DNA from: Candidatus Dojkabacteria bacterium
Lineage (GTDB): Bacteria > Patescibacteriota > Dojkabacteria > B142 > OLB20
Length of the DNA: 64,000 nucleotides
Direction: 5' to 3'
Assembly: GCA_046753765.1 (NCBI GenBank)
Contig: JBHHUN010000002.1
Coordinates: 1,570 to 65,569 of the forward strand
A program made the translations under genes and the position numbers. The notes below the pieces were generated by a model, which saw nothing but the letters and a program-made list of their open reading frames with translations, was not told the DNA's origin and searched no databases. Shown here one piece after another: positions 49,572-57,494 of the stretch; position 1 is the stretch's first letter, and each line of letters starts with the position of its first letter.

Positions 49572-50005
49572 TTTAATTGATGCTCACTGCGTGCGTATTC
49601 TTTAAATAACTTGGCGGTAAGCGTTCTGTTTACTGTCGATGCCATGTACCCCTCAATAAAGCCCTGTGCCTCCGGTGCTGACACTTCGCTCAGCTCTGCA
49701 AAATTTGGGCTAAGTTTCTGCAACTCAATTTTTGTGTCAAGTTCACTGTGCTTTAGGATTAATTTGATGTACTTGAGGCTTTCGCCAAACGACTGGATCT
49801 CAGCTCGTTCTACCTCAATAATATGGTCATCTCCTACAAGACCAAACATACTGAACTGCCACTCTTTCGTATCTGTCCAGACCCTTATTACATCTTTGTT
49901 GTCTCCACTTCCAGTTCTGACCCTCACACCAAACTCGAGGTCGTTAATGACTTTGTGCAGAAATACACTTTTTGAAAGTTTGAAATCCTGTAAGGTCGCT
50001 CTCAT
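49556..50005 (-). CDS. Hypothetical protein inside nrd operon
   Basis: 149-aa ORF overlapping both neighbours. Confidence 0.7.
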   Translation of the reverse strand: MRATLQDFKLSKSVFLHKVINDLEFGVRVRTGSGDNKDVIRVWTDTKEWQFSMFGLVGDDHIIEVERAEIQSFGESLKYIKLILKHSELDTKIELQKLSPNFAELSEVSAPEAQGFIEGYMASTVNRTLTAKLFKEYARSEHQLNWLEY

Positions 50006-51849
50006 TTGGTCTGTTTGATATTTAATACCTGCTTATCTCTGCTTTTGTCCCGGTATATTGTGATACCTTTCAAGTTGAGATCTGCAGCCAGCTTAACTGC
50101 GTCGACAATGTCTTCTATATCAGCTTGTTCAGGGAGATTGATCGTTTTAGAAACGGCGTTATCAGTGTATTTTTGAAAGGCAGCTTGCATCCTAATGTGC
50201 CACTCAGGCTTAATATCAAAAGCAGTTACAAATACTTTCTTAACACGATCGGGTATCCTATTTATATCATGAATTGTTCCCTTCGTGGCAATTTCTTTCA
50301 TTAATTCCTGATCAAAGAGCCACTCATCCTTAAGTCTTTGCTCAAGATACTTGTTCACATAGAGCATCTCCTCATCACCTATTGTTTCCATATTTTTCCT
50401 AACATAGGCAAGTGCAAAGAAGGGTTCGATCCCTCCGTTGCAATCAGCCAACAAGCTGGTTGTCCCGTTTGGCGCAATTGTAGTTACAGTGGCATTTCTC
50501 ATCGTCTTATAACCAACCTCGTCCCACCGTGAACCACTAAAATTACCAAAACTACCACGGAGCTCACCGAGCCTTCTAGATGCTTCATGGCCCTTATCTT
50601 GAATAAAAGCCATAACCTTTTCGGCTAAATCAAGAGCCTCGTCACTGTTATAAGAAATGTCGAGCTCGTACAGTAAATCGGCCCAACCCATTACGCCGAT
50701 CCCAATCTTACGGTTTCCTTTTTTTACTATCTCTTCAATCTCTGGAAGAAGGTGGTTGGAAACAGTGATAGTGTTATCCAGAAAGTGTGTAGCGACCTTA
50801 ACAACTTCTTCTAATCTATCCCAATTTATCTTTTCTTCTGGTCGAATCTTCTCTTTCCGCTTTGCCTGAACGACAAACTTATTGAGAACAACGCTGCCAA
50901 GGTTGCAGGCTTCATATGGCAGAAGAGGTTGTTCCCCACACTGGTTGGTTGCCGTCATCCTGCCAACATTGAGTGTCGGATTAGAGCGATTGATCTCATC
51001 AATGAAGATAAATCCCGGCTCGCCACTCTGGTGGATACTGGTTGCTATATCGTACAGAACTTCTCTCGCCGAAAGCTCTTCGTATACGTTTCCGTTATGC
51101 TTGAGTTCGTATTTGGTACCCTCTCGGAGTGCCTTCGTGAACTCATCAGTGATAGCAATGGACATGTTGAAGTTTGTAAGCTGGGAATAATCTTGTTTGG
51201 CAGAAATGAAACGCATCATATCCGGGTGATCTATCCTTAGTATTCCCATGTGACCAGCATGACGCATAGCCCCCCTATTCATAATCACTTCAGAAGAGAA
51301 ATCATACAGTCGCATAAACGAGATAGGTCCACTGGCTTCTTTGCCAGTACTTTTCACCTTCTCTCCCTCAGGTCTTATCTCTGAGAAATCATATCCTATC
51401 CCTGCACCTCTACGGTGAAGTACGACTGTATTTGCAAGAGTACCGTAGATTGATTCGATGGAGTCGTGAATTGGCATTACGTAGCACGCCGCAACCAAGT
51501 CTTCTTTCCCCCGGTCAAGTAGAGACATCCCCGAGAGAAACTCTAATTTCGCTTGAATTTCATAAAATTTATCCTCAGTCGCCTCAAGCTGCTTTTTTGT
51601 GGGTTTCTTATATCCTTTCTTTTTATCACTTAGATCTGCATCACCACTGGCCATAAATTTGGAGATCCTCTTGAACATAGCTTCTGGAGACTCATCTGGA
51701 TCGCCGTTTTTATCTAACTTATAGTAGCGTTTCGAGGCAATAAACTTTGCATTACTAGATAGATTTGGTTGTGTTGAAAACCTTTTTTGCATCATCGAAT
51801 TATTATTGATTGTCTGATATTCTTCTAAGCTCTGCGATTGCTTGCTCAA
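50002..51849 (-). CDS. nrdJ: Class II ribonucleotide reductase catalytic domain (no C-terminal Cys tail)
   Basis: [32 protein letters not shown]; start may be near 51795. Confidence 0.9.
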   Translation of the reverse strand: MSKQSQSLEEYQTINNNSMMQKRFSTQPNLSSNAKFIASKRYYKLDKNGDPDESPEAMFKRISKFMASGDADLSDKKKGYKKPTKKQLEATEDKFYEIQAKLEFLSGMSLLDRGKEDLVAACYVMPIHDSIESIYGTLANTVVLHRRGAGIGYDFSEIRPEGEKVKSTGKEASGPISFMRLYDFSSEVIMNRGAMRHAGHMGILRIDHPDMMRFISAKQDYSQLTNFNMSIAITDEFTKALREGTKYELKHNGNVYEELSAREVLYDIATSIHQSGEPGFIFIDEINRSNPTLNVGRMTATNQCGEQPLLPYEACNLGSVVLNKFVVQAKRKEKIRPEEKINWDRLEEVVKVATHFLDNTITVSNHLLPEIEEIVKKGNRKIGIGVMGWADLLYELDISYNSDEALDLAEKVMAFIQDKGHEASRRLGELRGSFGNFSGSRWDEVGYKTMRNATVTTIAPNGTTSLLADCNGGIEPFFALAYVRKNMETIGDEEMLYVNKYLEQRLKDEWLFDQELMKEIATKGTIHDINRIPDRVKKVFVTAFDIKPEWHIRMQAAFQKYTDNAVSKTINLPEQADIEDIVDAVKLAADLNLKGITIYRDKSRDKQVLNIKQTK

Positions 51850-52276
51850 AGTCTTCTATAGAGTCAAAGTCTCTATACACAGAAGCAAAAAGCAAGTAGC
51901 CAATCGTATCGAGCTTTTTTAGTCGGGTCAAAACCATCTTACCTATCTCATTCGATTTTACCTGGCTAGTTTTTCTATTTAGTAGCTTAAGCTCAATATC
52001 ATCGATCAACTCATCGATCTCACCCTCAGGAATCATCCTTTTTTTCACTGCTTTTGTAATGCCTTTTTTTAATTTCTCTCTGTCAAACTCCTCAATTTTT
52101 CCACTCCGTTTTTCAACATTCAGACTTATTGTCTCAACTCGCTCATACGTAGTAAACCGTTTAGCACAGCTCAGGCACTCTCTTCTCCTCCTTGCAACTC
52201 CTGTTTCATTGTTGTCTCTCTTATCTACTACTTTTGTCTCCTCACAGTGACAATATGGACAAAACATGGCTTTCAA
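51803..52276 (-). CDS. nrdR: Transcriptional repressor NrdR
   Basis: CPYC, RRRREC, RFTTYE, ATP-cone, FASVYR. Confidence 0.97.
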   Translation of the reverse strand: MKAMFCPYCHCEETKVVDKRDNNETGVARRRRECLSCAKRFTTYERVETISLNVEKRSGKIEEFDREKLKKGITKAVKKRMIPEGEIDELIDDIELKLLNRKTSQVKSNEIGKMVLTRLKKLDTIGYLLFASVYRDFDSIEDFEQAIAELRRISDNQ

Positions 52277-52313
52277 ATCTGATTAAGTAGTCTTGGGGCG
52301 TGAGCAACGCAGA

Positions 52314-52368
52314 GCACAATAAATTGTGTTGCAGATACAAGCTAACAACAACAGGTTGTGCTTGTCAA
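52314..52368 (-). promoter_or_regulatory. Tandem NrdR boxes overlapping the sigma70 promoter of the nrdR-nrdJ operon
   Basis: GCACAATAAATTGTGT (52314) and CAACAACAGGTTGTGC (52346), 32 bp apart; minus-strand TTGACA-N18-TAGCTT. Confidence 0.8.
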
Positions 52369-52455
52369 GAAGTCATGACTTCTTAACATCGAATTATGCT
52401 GCAGTCAATTCAAAACATTTGTTTTTAAGTTCTGGAAAAATTTCGGTATAAATTT

Positions 52456-53925
52456 TTGATATACTTGAAAAAACGTCAGATAAATCTAATGTCGCAAAAT
52501 TGGGTACATGTAATAGGCGTAGCAGGTGTCACTACCTCGGGCGTGGCAGTGATGTTTAATCGTTACGGGTGGAAGGTCACAGGTTCTGACAAAGGTTTTT
52601 TCCCTCCTGTCAGCGATTATCTTAAGGACAATGGGGTCGAGATACTTCCGGGTTTCAAACCAGACCGACTCACAGACGAGACAGGTCAGCACCCAGACGT
52701 TGTGGTGATACAGGGAACAAAGGGCAAAGAGAACCCCGAGTTGATCGAAGCTACGAAGCTGAAGCTTAACATCAAGACCTATCCGGAGATACTTGAACAC
52801 TATGTAATCAAAAAGGGACGCTCAATTGTTATTGCTGGAACCTATGGAAAAACAACAATAACTGCAGCCCTCGTTCAGATGTTTGCTGTCTCAAATAGAC
52901 CAATCAGTTATATGATTGGAGGAATCAGTATCAACACAGGATTCACAGTCGTCCCACTCCGGGAAGAATCGATGTACTCAGTGGTTGAAGGAGATGAGTT
53001 TATAACATCGCTTTCTGACAAGCGTTCGAAATTTTTCTATTATCACCCTGATTTTCTCATCCTAAACGCAGTCAGCTGGGAACACCCAGATGTATTTACT
53101 AATGAAGCGGAGTACATTAAGAACTTCAAGAAGCTGGTAAGATCCATTCCACCAAAGGGATTAGTAGTTGCAAACGCCAATGATAGAAATGCAGTAGATG
53201 TGGCTACTGAATCAAGGGCGAGGGTTATATACTACTCTATCAATCCAGATGAAGCACAAGCATCTCCACATTGGTACCTCAATCCTGCTTCACATTCACT
53301 GCCAACATTCGTCCGCAAGCCGGAGGATGAAGACGGTGTGGTAATCCCATACGAAAAGCAGATCATAGGTGAGTTTAACGAGGAAAACCTGCTGGCTGCT
53401 GCCGCTATGGCATCTGAGCTGGGTGTCGACTCAAAAAGTATTACCGAAGCAATAAAAGACTTCCGAGGCATACGACGACGTCTTGAGATCCGATATCAAA
53501 GTAATAAAATAATAGTAATTGATGACTTCGGCAGCTCACCCCCCAAAGCAAAAGGGGCGCTGGCAGCGCTTCGTAAAGATTTTCCAAGAGCTGAGATCAC
53601 AATCGTTTTTGAACCATCATCTGGAAACAGAGTTGCGACTGCACTAGCACTTTACGATGGCGTCTTCACACAGGCAGATAAACTCGTCTTTCCAAGATTC
53701 ACAAAACTTCCAAAAACATCAAAAGACAGATTTGATGGCGACGAGCTGGCTGTTTATCTTGCCAAATCAGGTGTTCAGGTCAGTTACATCGAGGATGATG
53801 CCAATCTTGTTAGACAACTCATAAAGATTGCAAAGAAAAAGACAAAAGTACTTAAGATCATCTGTTTTATGGGCAGCCATAGCTTTCGGGGTATGATAAA
53901 TCAGCTTATAGAGGAAATAAAGTGA
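52456..53925 (+). CDS. Mur ligase, MurC/Mpl-like (start probably 52489)
   Basis: GVAG...VTGSD, AGTYGKTT, EGDE, WEHPD, FRGIRRR, DDF. Confidence 0.85.
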   Translation: MIYLKKRQINLMSQNWVHVIGVAGVTTSGVAVMFNRYGWKVTGSDKGFFPPVSDYLKDNGVEILPGFKPDRLTDETGQHPDVVVIQGTKGKENPELIEATKLKLNIKTYPEILEHYVIKKGRSIVIAGTYGKTTITAALVQMFAVSNRPISYMIGGISINTGFTVVPLREESMYSVVEGDEFITSLSDKRSKFFYYHPDFLILNAVSWEHPDVFTNEAEYIKNFKKLVRSIPPKGLVVANANDRNAVDVATESRARVIYYSINPDEAQASPHWYLNPASHSLPTFVRKPEDEDGVVIPYEKQIIGEFNEENLLAAAAMASELGVDSKSITEAIKDFRGIRRRLEIRYQSNKIIVIDDFGSSPPKAKGALAALRKDFPRAEITIVFEPSSGNRVATALALYDGVFTQADKLVFPRFTKLPKTSKDRFDGDELAVYLAKSGVQVSYIEDDANLVRQLIKIAKKKTKVLKIICFMGSHSFRGMINQLIEEIK

Positions 53926-54278
53926 AGAAAAAGCGAGAGCCAAAATCAGCCAAAGATATTTTGATGAACAATGATTTTATTGCCCGAATTGAGCATACGA
54001 ACAGATATGTATCAACGGAACATCAGGATTACGGTTTGCGCCTCGCAACAAACCTAAACGATTTAAATCACAGGGCTCTCTATATTAAACTAGCCAAGGA
54101 TGTCCCCAGGTCAAAGATTGAGAGTGCAGCATCATTTGCACTTGATTACCCAGACATGAAAGGTAAGAACAAAGGAAGACTCTTTATGTGGAAGCTATCA
54201 CAGATTGCTGAAATAAAATTACCGCGGAGAAAACTCAAACGTAAGCGATCTAACCAAAATCAGATTAATTTACTTTAA
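53922..54278 (+). CDS. Hypothetical protein
   Basis: 118-aa ORF coupled to Mur ligase; LYIKLAK, GRLFMWKL. Confidence 0.65.
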   Translation: MKKKREPKSAKDILMNNDFIARIEHTNRYVSTEHQDYGLRLATNLNDLNHRALYIKLAKDVPRSKIESAASFALDYPDMKGKNKGRLFMWKLSQIAEIKLPRRKLKRKRSNQNQINLL

Positions 54279-54309
54279 TTCAGGTAACACATCTCAATAT
54301 AATCAACTC

Positions 54310-54714
54310 ATGGATGACTGTATTTTTTGCAAAATTGCAAACGAAGAGCTCCCGGCATTCAAGATTTATGATGATGGGCAATTTGAGGCCTTTCTAGACA
54401 TCTTTCCATCACACAAGGGGCAGGCATTGGTTATTCCTAAGAAACACCATACGTCAAAGTTCTCACAAACGGATACCAAACAGTTAATAGATCTAGTTAA
54501 AGTAGCGCAAAAGGTCGCCAGACAGATAGAAGAAAACTTAAGTGGTGTTGACAGGGTACAGGTACTCATTGAGGGTTTTGATGTTGACCATTTGCATATA
54601 AAGTTGTTCCCGTCGTACGGCCCCGATGCGGTTAAAGATGCATTAAGCCACAGTGGAGATCAGGCAGAGGAAGACGAGCTTAAACAATTACACGACCAAC
54701 TCAACCGAACATGA
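54310..54714 (+). CDS. HIT-family hydrolase
   Basis: DCIFCKI, FLDIFP, VDHLHIK. Confidence 0.9.
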   Translation: MDDCIFCKIANEELPAFKIYDDGQFEAFLDIFPSHKGQALVIPKKHHTSKFSQTDTKQLIDLVKVAQKVARQIEENLSGVDRVQVLIEGFDVDHLHIKLFPSYGPDAVKDALSHSGDQAEEDELKQLHDQLNRT

Positions 54715-55628
54715 GCGTTGAAATCAGCATCATCATTACATCCTTCAAGGAGCCCAAGACAATAAAGAGGGCAGTATCAGCAATCCTCGAAAAAGGATAC
54801 TCAGGATTAGGCATCAATTTTGAGCTTATCACAGTTATTCCTGATCGGCCGACGGCAACTGCGGCTTTAAGCACAGTGAAGAAGTACCGTTTCAAGTCTC
54901 ATGTACACATTGAAGACCCTGGCAAAGGAAAGCCACATGCTCTTAATCTTGCTTTTAAGCGGGCTAGGGGCAGATATATCGTGTTGACTGATGGTGACGT
55001 CTACCTGGACAAAAACGCTGTCCCTGAATTAGTGAAATCACTACAGGACAAACAAATGGGAGGTGTTAGTGGAAGGCAGATCAGCATTGACAACAGAAAG
55101 ACCATGTTCGGCTTTTACAGTCACCTGTTCAATAAAGCCCTTGATCTCAATAGAATTCGGGCAGCAAACGATAATACGTTTTATCCAATGAGTGGATACA
55201 TTATGGCTGTTAAGCGTGAGTTGATCGACTTTGAACTTCCGGATGAGGTTCTTGTAGACGATGGTTACATATCGTATATGATCGCACTCAAGGGTTTTAA
55301 AATAGCTTATAACCCAGATGCAGTAGCTTACGTTAGCTATCCAAAAAACTTCAATGACTATTTTAAACAAAAAGTGAGATCAACCGGTGGTTATCTCCAA
55401 TTGAAGCAGTACGACATATTTAAGAATCAACATAACGACCGTGGTCCACGCGGGGACATAGGTATGTTCTTATTTCCACTGCAATTTGCAAAAACCGTAA
55501 AAGAGTATTACTGGGCGTTACTTCTTTATCCAATACGTATTTACTTGTGGTTTCAGATATTCGTATTAAATTACATCTCTCCACATAGATATAATACGAC
55601 TTGGAAAAGAGTTGAGAGCTCCAAGTAG
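54711..55628 (+). CDS. Glycosyltransferase family 2
   Basis: GKPHALN, LTDGD, VDD, QKVR. Confidence 0.88.
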   Translation: MSVEISIIITSFKEPKTIKRAVSAILEKGYSGLGINFELITVIPDRPTATAALSTVKKYRFKSHVHIEDPGKGKPHALNLAFKRARGRYIVLTDGDVYLDKNAVPELVKSLQDKQMGGVSGRQISIDNRKTMFGFYSHLFNKALDLNRIRAANDNTFYPMSGYIMAVKRELIDFELPDEVLVDDGYISYMIALKGFKIAYNPDAVAYVSYPKNFNDYFKQKVRSTGGYLQLKQYDIFKNQHNDRGPRGDIGMFLFPLQFAKTVKEYYWALLLYPIRIYLWFQIFVLNYISPHRYNTTWKRVESSK

Positions 55629-55635
55629 CAGCAGA

Positions 55636-56496
55636 CTAATCTCGGAGCGTAGAAAGGTACTCAGACATTGTCACGAAGTTGTAACCATCATCCTTAAGCC
55701 TGGTGATGAGCTTCTCAGTTTTGTTGTAATGGTTTTTGATTCCCAGATAGTGTCGCTTACGAGATACATAAGGGGCCTGTTTGATGTATGGCTGCTCATT
55801 ATCAAACTCCCATGGATGCATGTACATAAGAAAGTAGTCGCTCGATTTAAGGAAAGATCTGATCCAGTAGTGTTGAAGAGTCAACGGATAGAGTCGAAAG
55901 TACCCACCACCTCCGAAAGGAAACTTGAGAAACTTCAAGTACCTCTTTACGGGGATAGTCACCTCGTGTATTCCGTTATAGTGGAAGATGCCAGGGCTGG
56001 AGGTTGCCTCCATACCAACTGTTAGATGTCCGTACTGTGGATTCAATCTAAAATCGTGGAGGCTGGAATCGTACTCGTATCCGGCCTCTATTAGTTTTTC
56101 TATAGCATAATCATTAATTGAAAAGTAGGGAGCCCTAAATCCCTTTATCTTCCGCCCTGACAAATCCTCAAGACATTTCTTAGATTCGACTACGTTTTTC
56201 TCGATGAGGGCATCAGACTGCTCAAAGATCAGTTCGTGGTGATATGCATGCGACGCAATTTCGTGTTGTGCATTGCTTCCAACAATCTTCTTGATAACTT
56301 TCGGTTTTGACTGGGCAAGTTCTCCCAGTACAAAAAACGTGGCGGGAATATCATATTTCGCAAGGAGTTCGAGCGGCATGCTTATGTTATGTTCAACCCG
56401 ACTTTCTTCAAGCAGATTTACGGGTATGTACTTGGTCATAAATGTGGTATGGAACCACTCTTCAACGTCAAATGTGAGGATTATACTCTTGCTCAT
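55636..56496 (-). CDS. Polysaccharide deacetylase (DUF3473-type)
   Basis: TFDVEEW, ATFFVLG, EIASH, GFRAP, GGGYFR, HPWE. Confidence 0.9.
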   Translation of the reverse strand: MSKSIILTFDVEEWFHTTFMTKYIPVNLLEESRVEHNISMPLELLAKYDIPATFFVLGELAQSKPKVIKKIVGSNAQHEIASHAYHHELIFEQSDALIEKNVVESKKCLEDLSGRKIKGFRAPYFSINDYAIEKLIEAGYEYDSSLHDFRLNPQYGHLTVGMEATSSPGIFHYNGIHEVTIPVKRYLKFLKFPFGGGGYFRLYPLTLQHYWIRSFLKSSDYFLMYMHPWEFDNEQPYIKQAPYVSRKRHYLGIKNHYNKTEKLITRLKDDGYNFVTMSEYLSTLRD

Positions 56497-57260
56497 GTCA
56501 ATCTATATCCCTTTTCTCTAAACTCCTTAACATCTTTTCGACCAGGGAATTTGAAGTATCCTGGCTTTAACTGGTGATTTTCAAAGACCTCTATGTCGCC
56601 GAGCGCATACCTTTTAATGACTCTATCCAGGGCGCCCGCAGCTTCTCGTTTTGTTTCGATAATTAAGTCTGTAAGTGAATACTCTGGTTTTATCTCAACC
56701 ATCTCTTCGAGAACAAGGTTACCTTTATCAATCTTTTTTGTCATTTCGTGAATTGAGACTGTTGAGTATTGCTCTCCATTCTTCATCTGCCAAAAGTTTG
56801 GAAACAAACCTCTGTATGTTGGCAGCTTCCCTGAGTGGATATTCAAACACGTAAGCTTAGGAAGGGCAAGTAGCTCATCCTTGAAAATCTGTGGGCAGGA
56901 AACGGAGACAACTAGATCAGGAGCTTCGGTTCGTATCTTCTCAAGAAAACCGGGGCTGTTTACATCATCTACGGCATCCACAGAATATCCCCGTCCCGCA
57001 AGTAGTACCGGTGCAGTCACCTCCCTGCCCATCTTCTCTTGCAGCTTGGTGAAGGCGTACTTACTGCCGAGCTTGATAAAGCCCTTGCTTCCATAAAATC
57101 TATGTGTCCTTTTAATAAGCTGCAGGAGAGAATCGCTCATCGGTGATGTAAAATATACCCCCGTTACGGAATAGTCCGCGTTATCGTGTACTTTGATAAA
57201 CTCCTCAAAAAACGCCTTAGTATAGAAAGGGTCGTTTTGGCTGATTATTGTTACTTTCAT
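56493..57260 (-). CDS. Formyltransferase-family protein
   Basis: NIHSGKLPTYRG, IDKG. Confidence 0.85.
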   Translation of the reverse strand: MKVTIISQNDPFYTKAFFEEFIKVHDNADYSVTGVYFTSPMSDSLLQLIKRTHRFYGSKGFIKLGSKYAFTKLQEKMGREVTAPVLLAGRGYSVDAVDDVNSPGFLEKIRTEAPDLVVSVSCPQIFKDELLALPKLTCLNIHSGKLPTYRGLFPNFWQMKNGEQYSTVSIHEMTKKIDKGNLVLEEMVEIKPEYSLTDLIIETKREAAGALDRVIKRYALGDIEVFENHQLKPGYFKFPGRKDVKEFREKGYRLT

Positions 57261-57328
57261 GCGTTTAATTTACCCAAGTGATTATACGAAATGCACTGGG
57301 GTAAAAGCAATCGAGAATGCATATATCG

Positions 57329-57463
57329 TTGACAAAGCCATAGAAATACCGTAAGATTCAGACATGGATCACACATACTTAAAGCACAAGCATACACTAT
57401 ATTCCTAGACGGGGGTCGCTTGCTCATGCTTTAATCTTGAACTCCCAAAAGGGAGTTTTTTTT
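57329..57463 (+). promoter_or_regulatory. Promoter, leader peptide and terminator upstream of lysS
   Basis: TTGACA-N17-TAAGAT; uORF 57364-57408 MDHTYLKHKHTLYS; terminator AACTCCC-AAAA-GGGAGTT-U tract. Confidence 0.75.
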
Positions 57464-57494
57464 ATTACAATCGTTTAGCTCTTAAGAAAATTAA

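Noticed and set aside
44086-51849. Assembly duplication producing repeated RNR domains
   Set aside because: The three cores differ extensively in protein sequence and the frame is open throughout; read-level confirmation is still advisable
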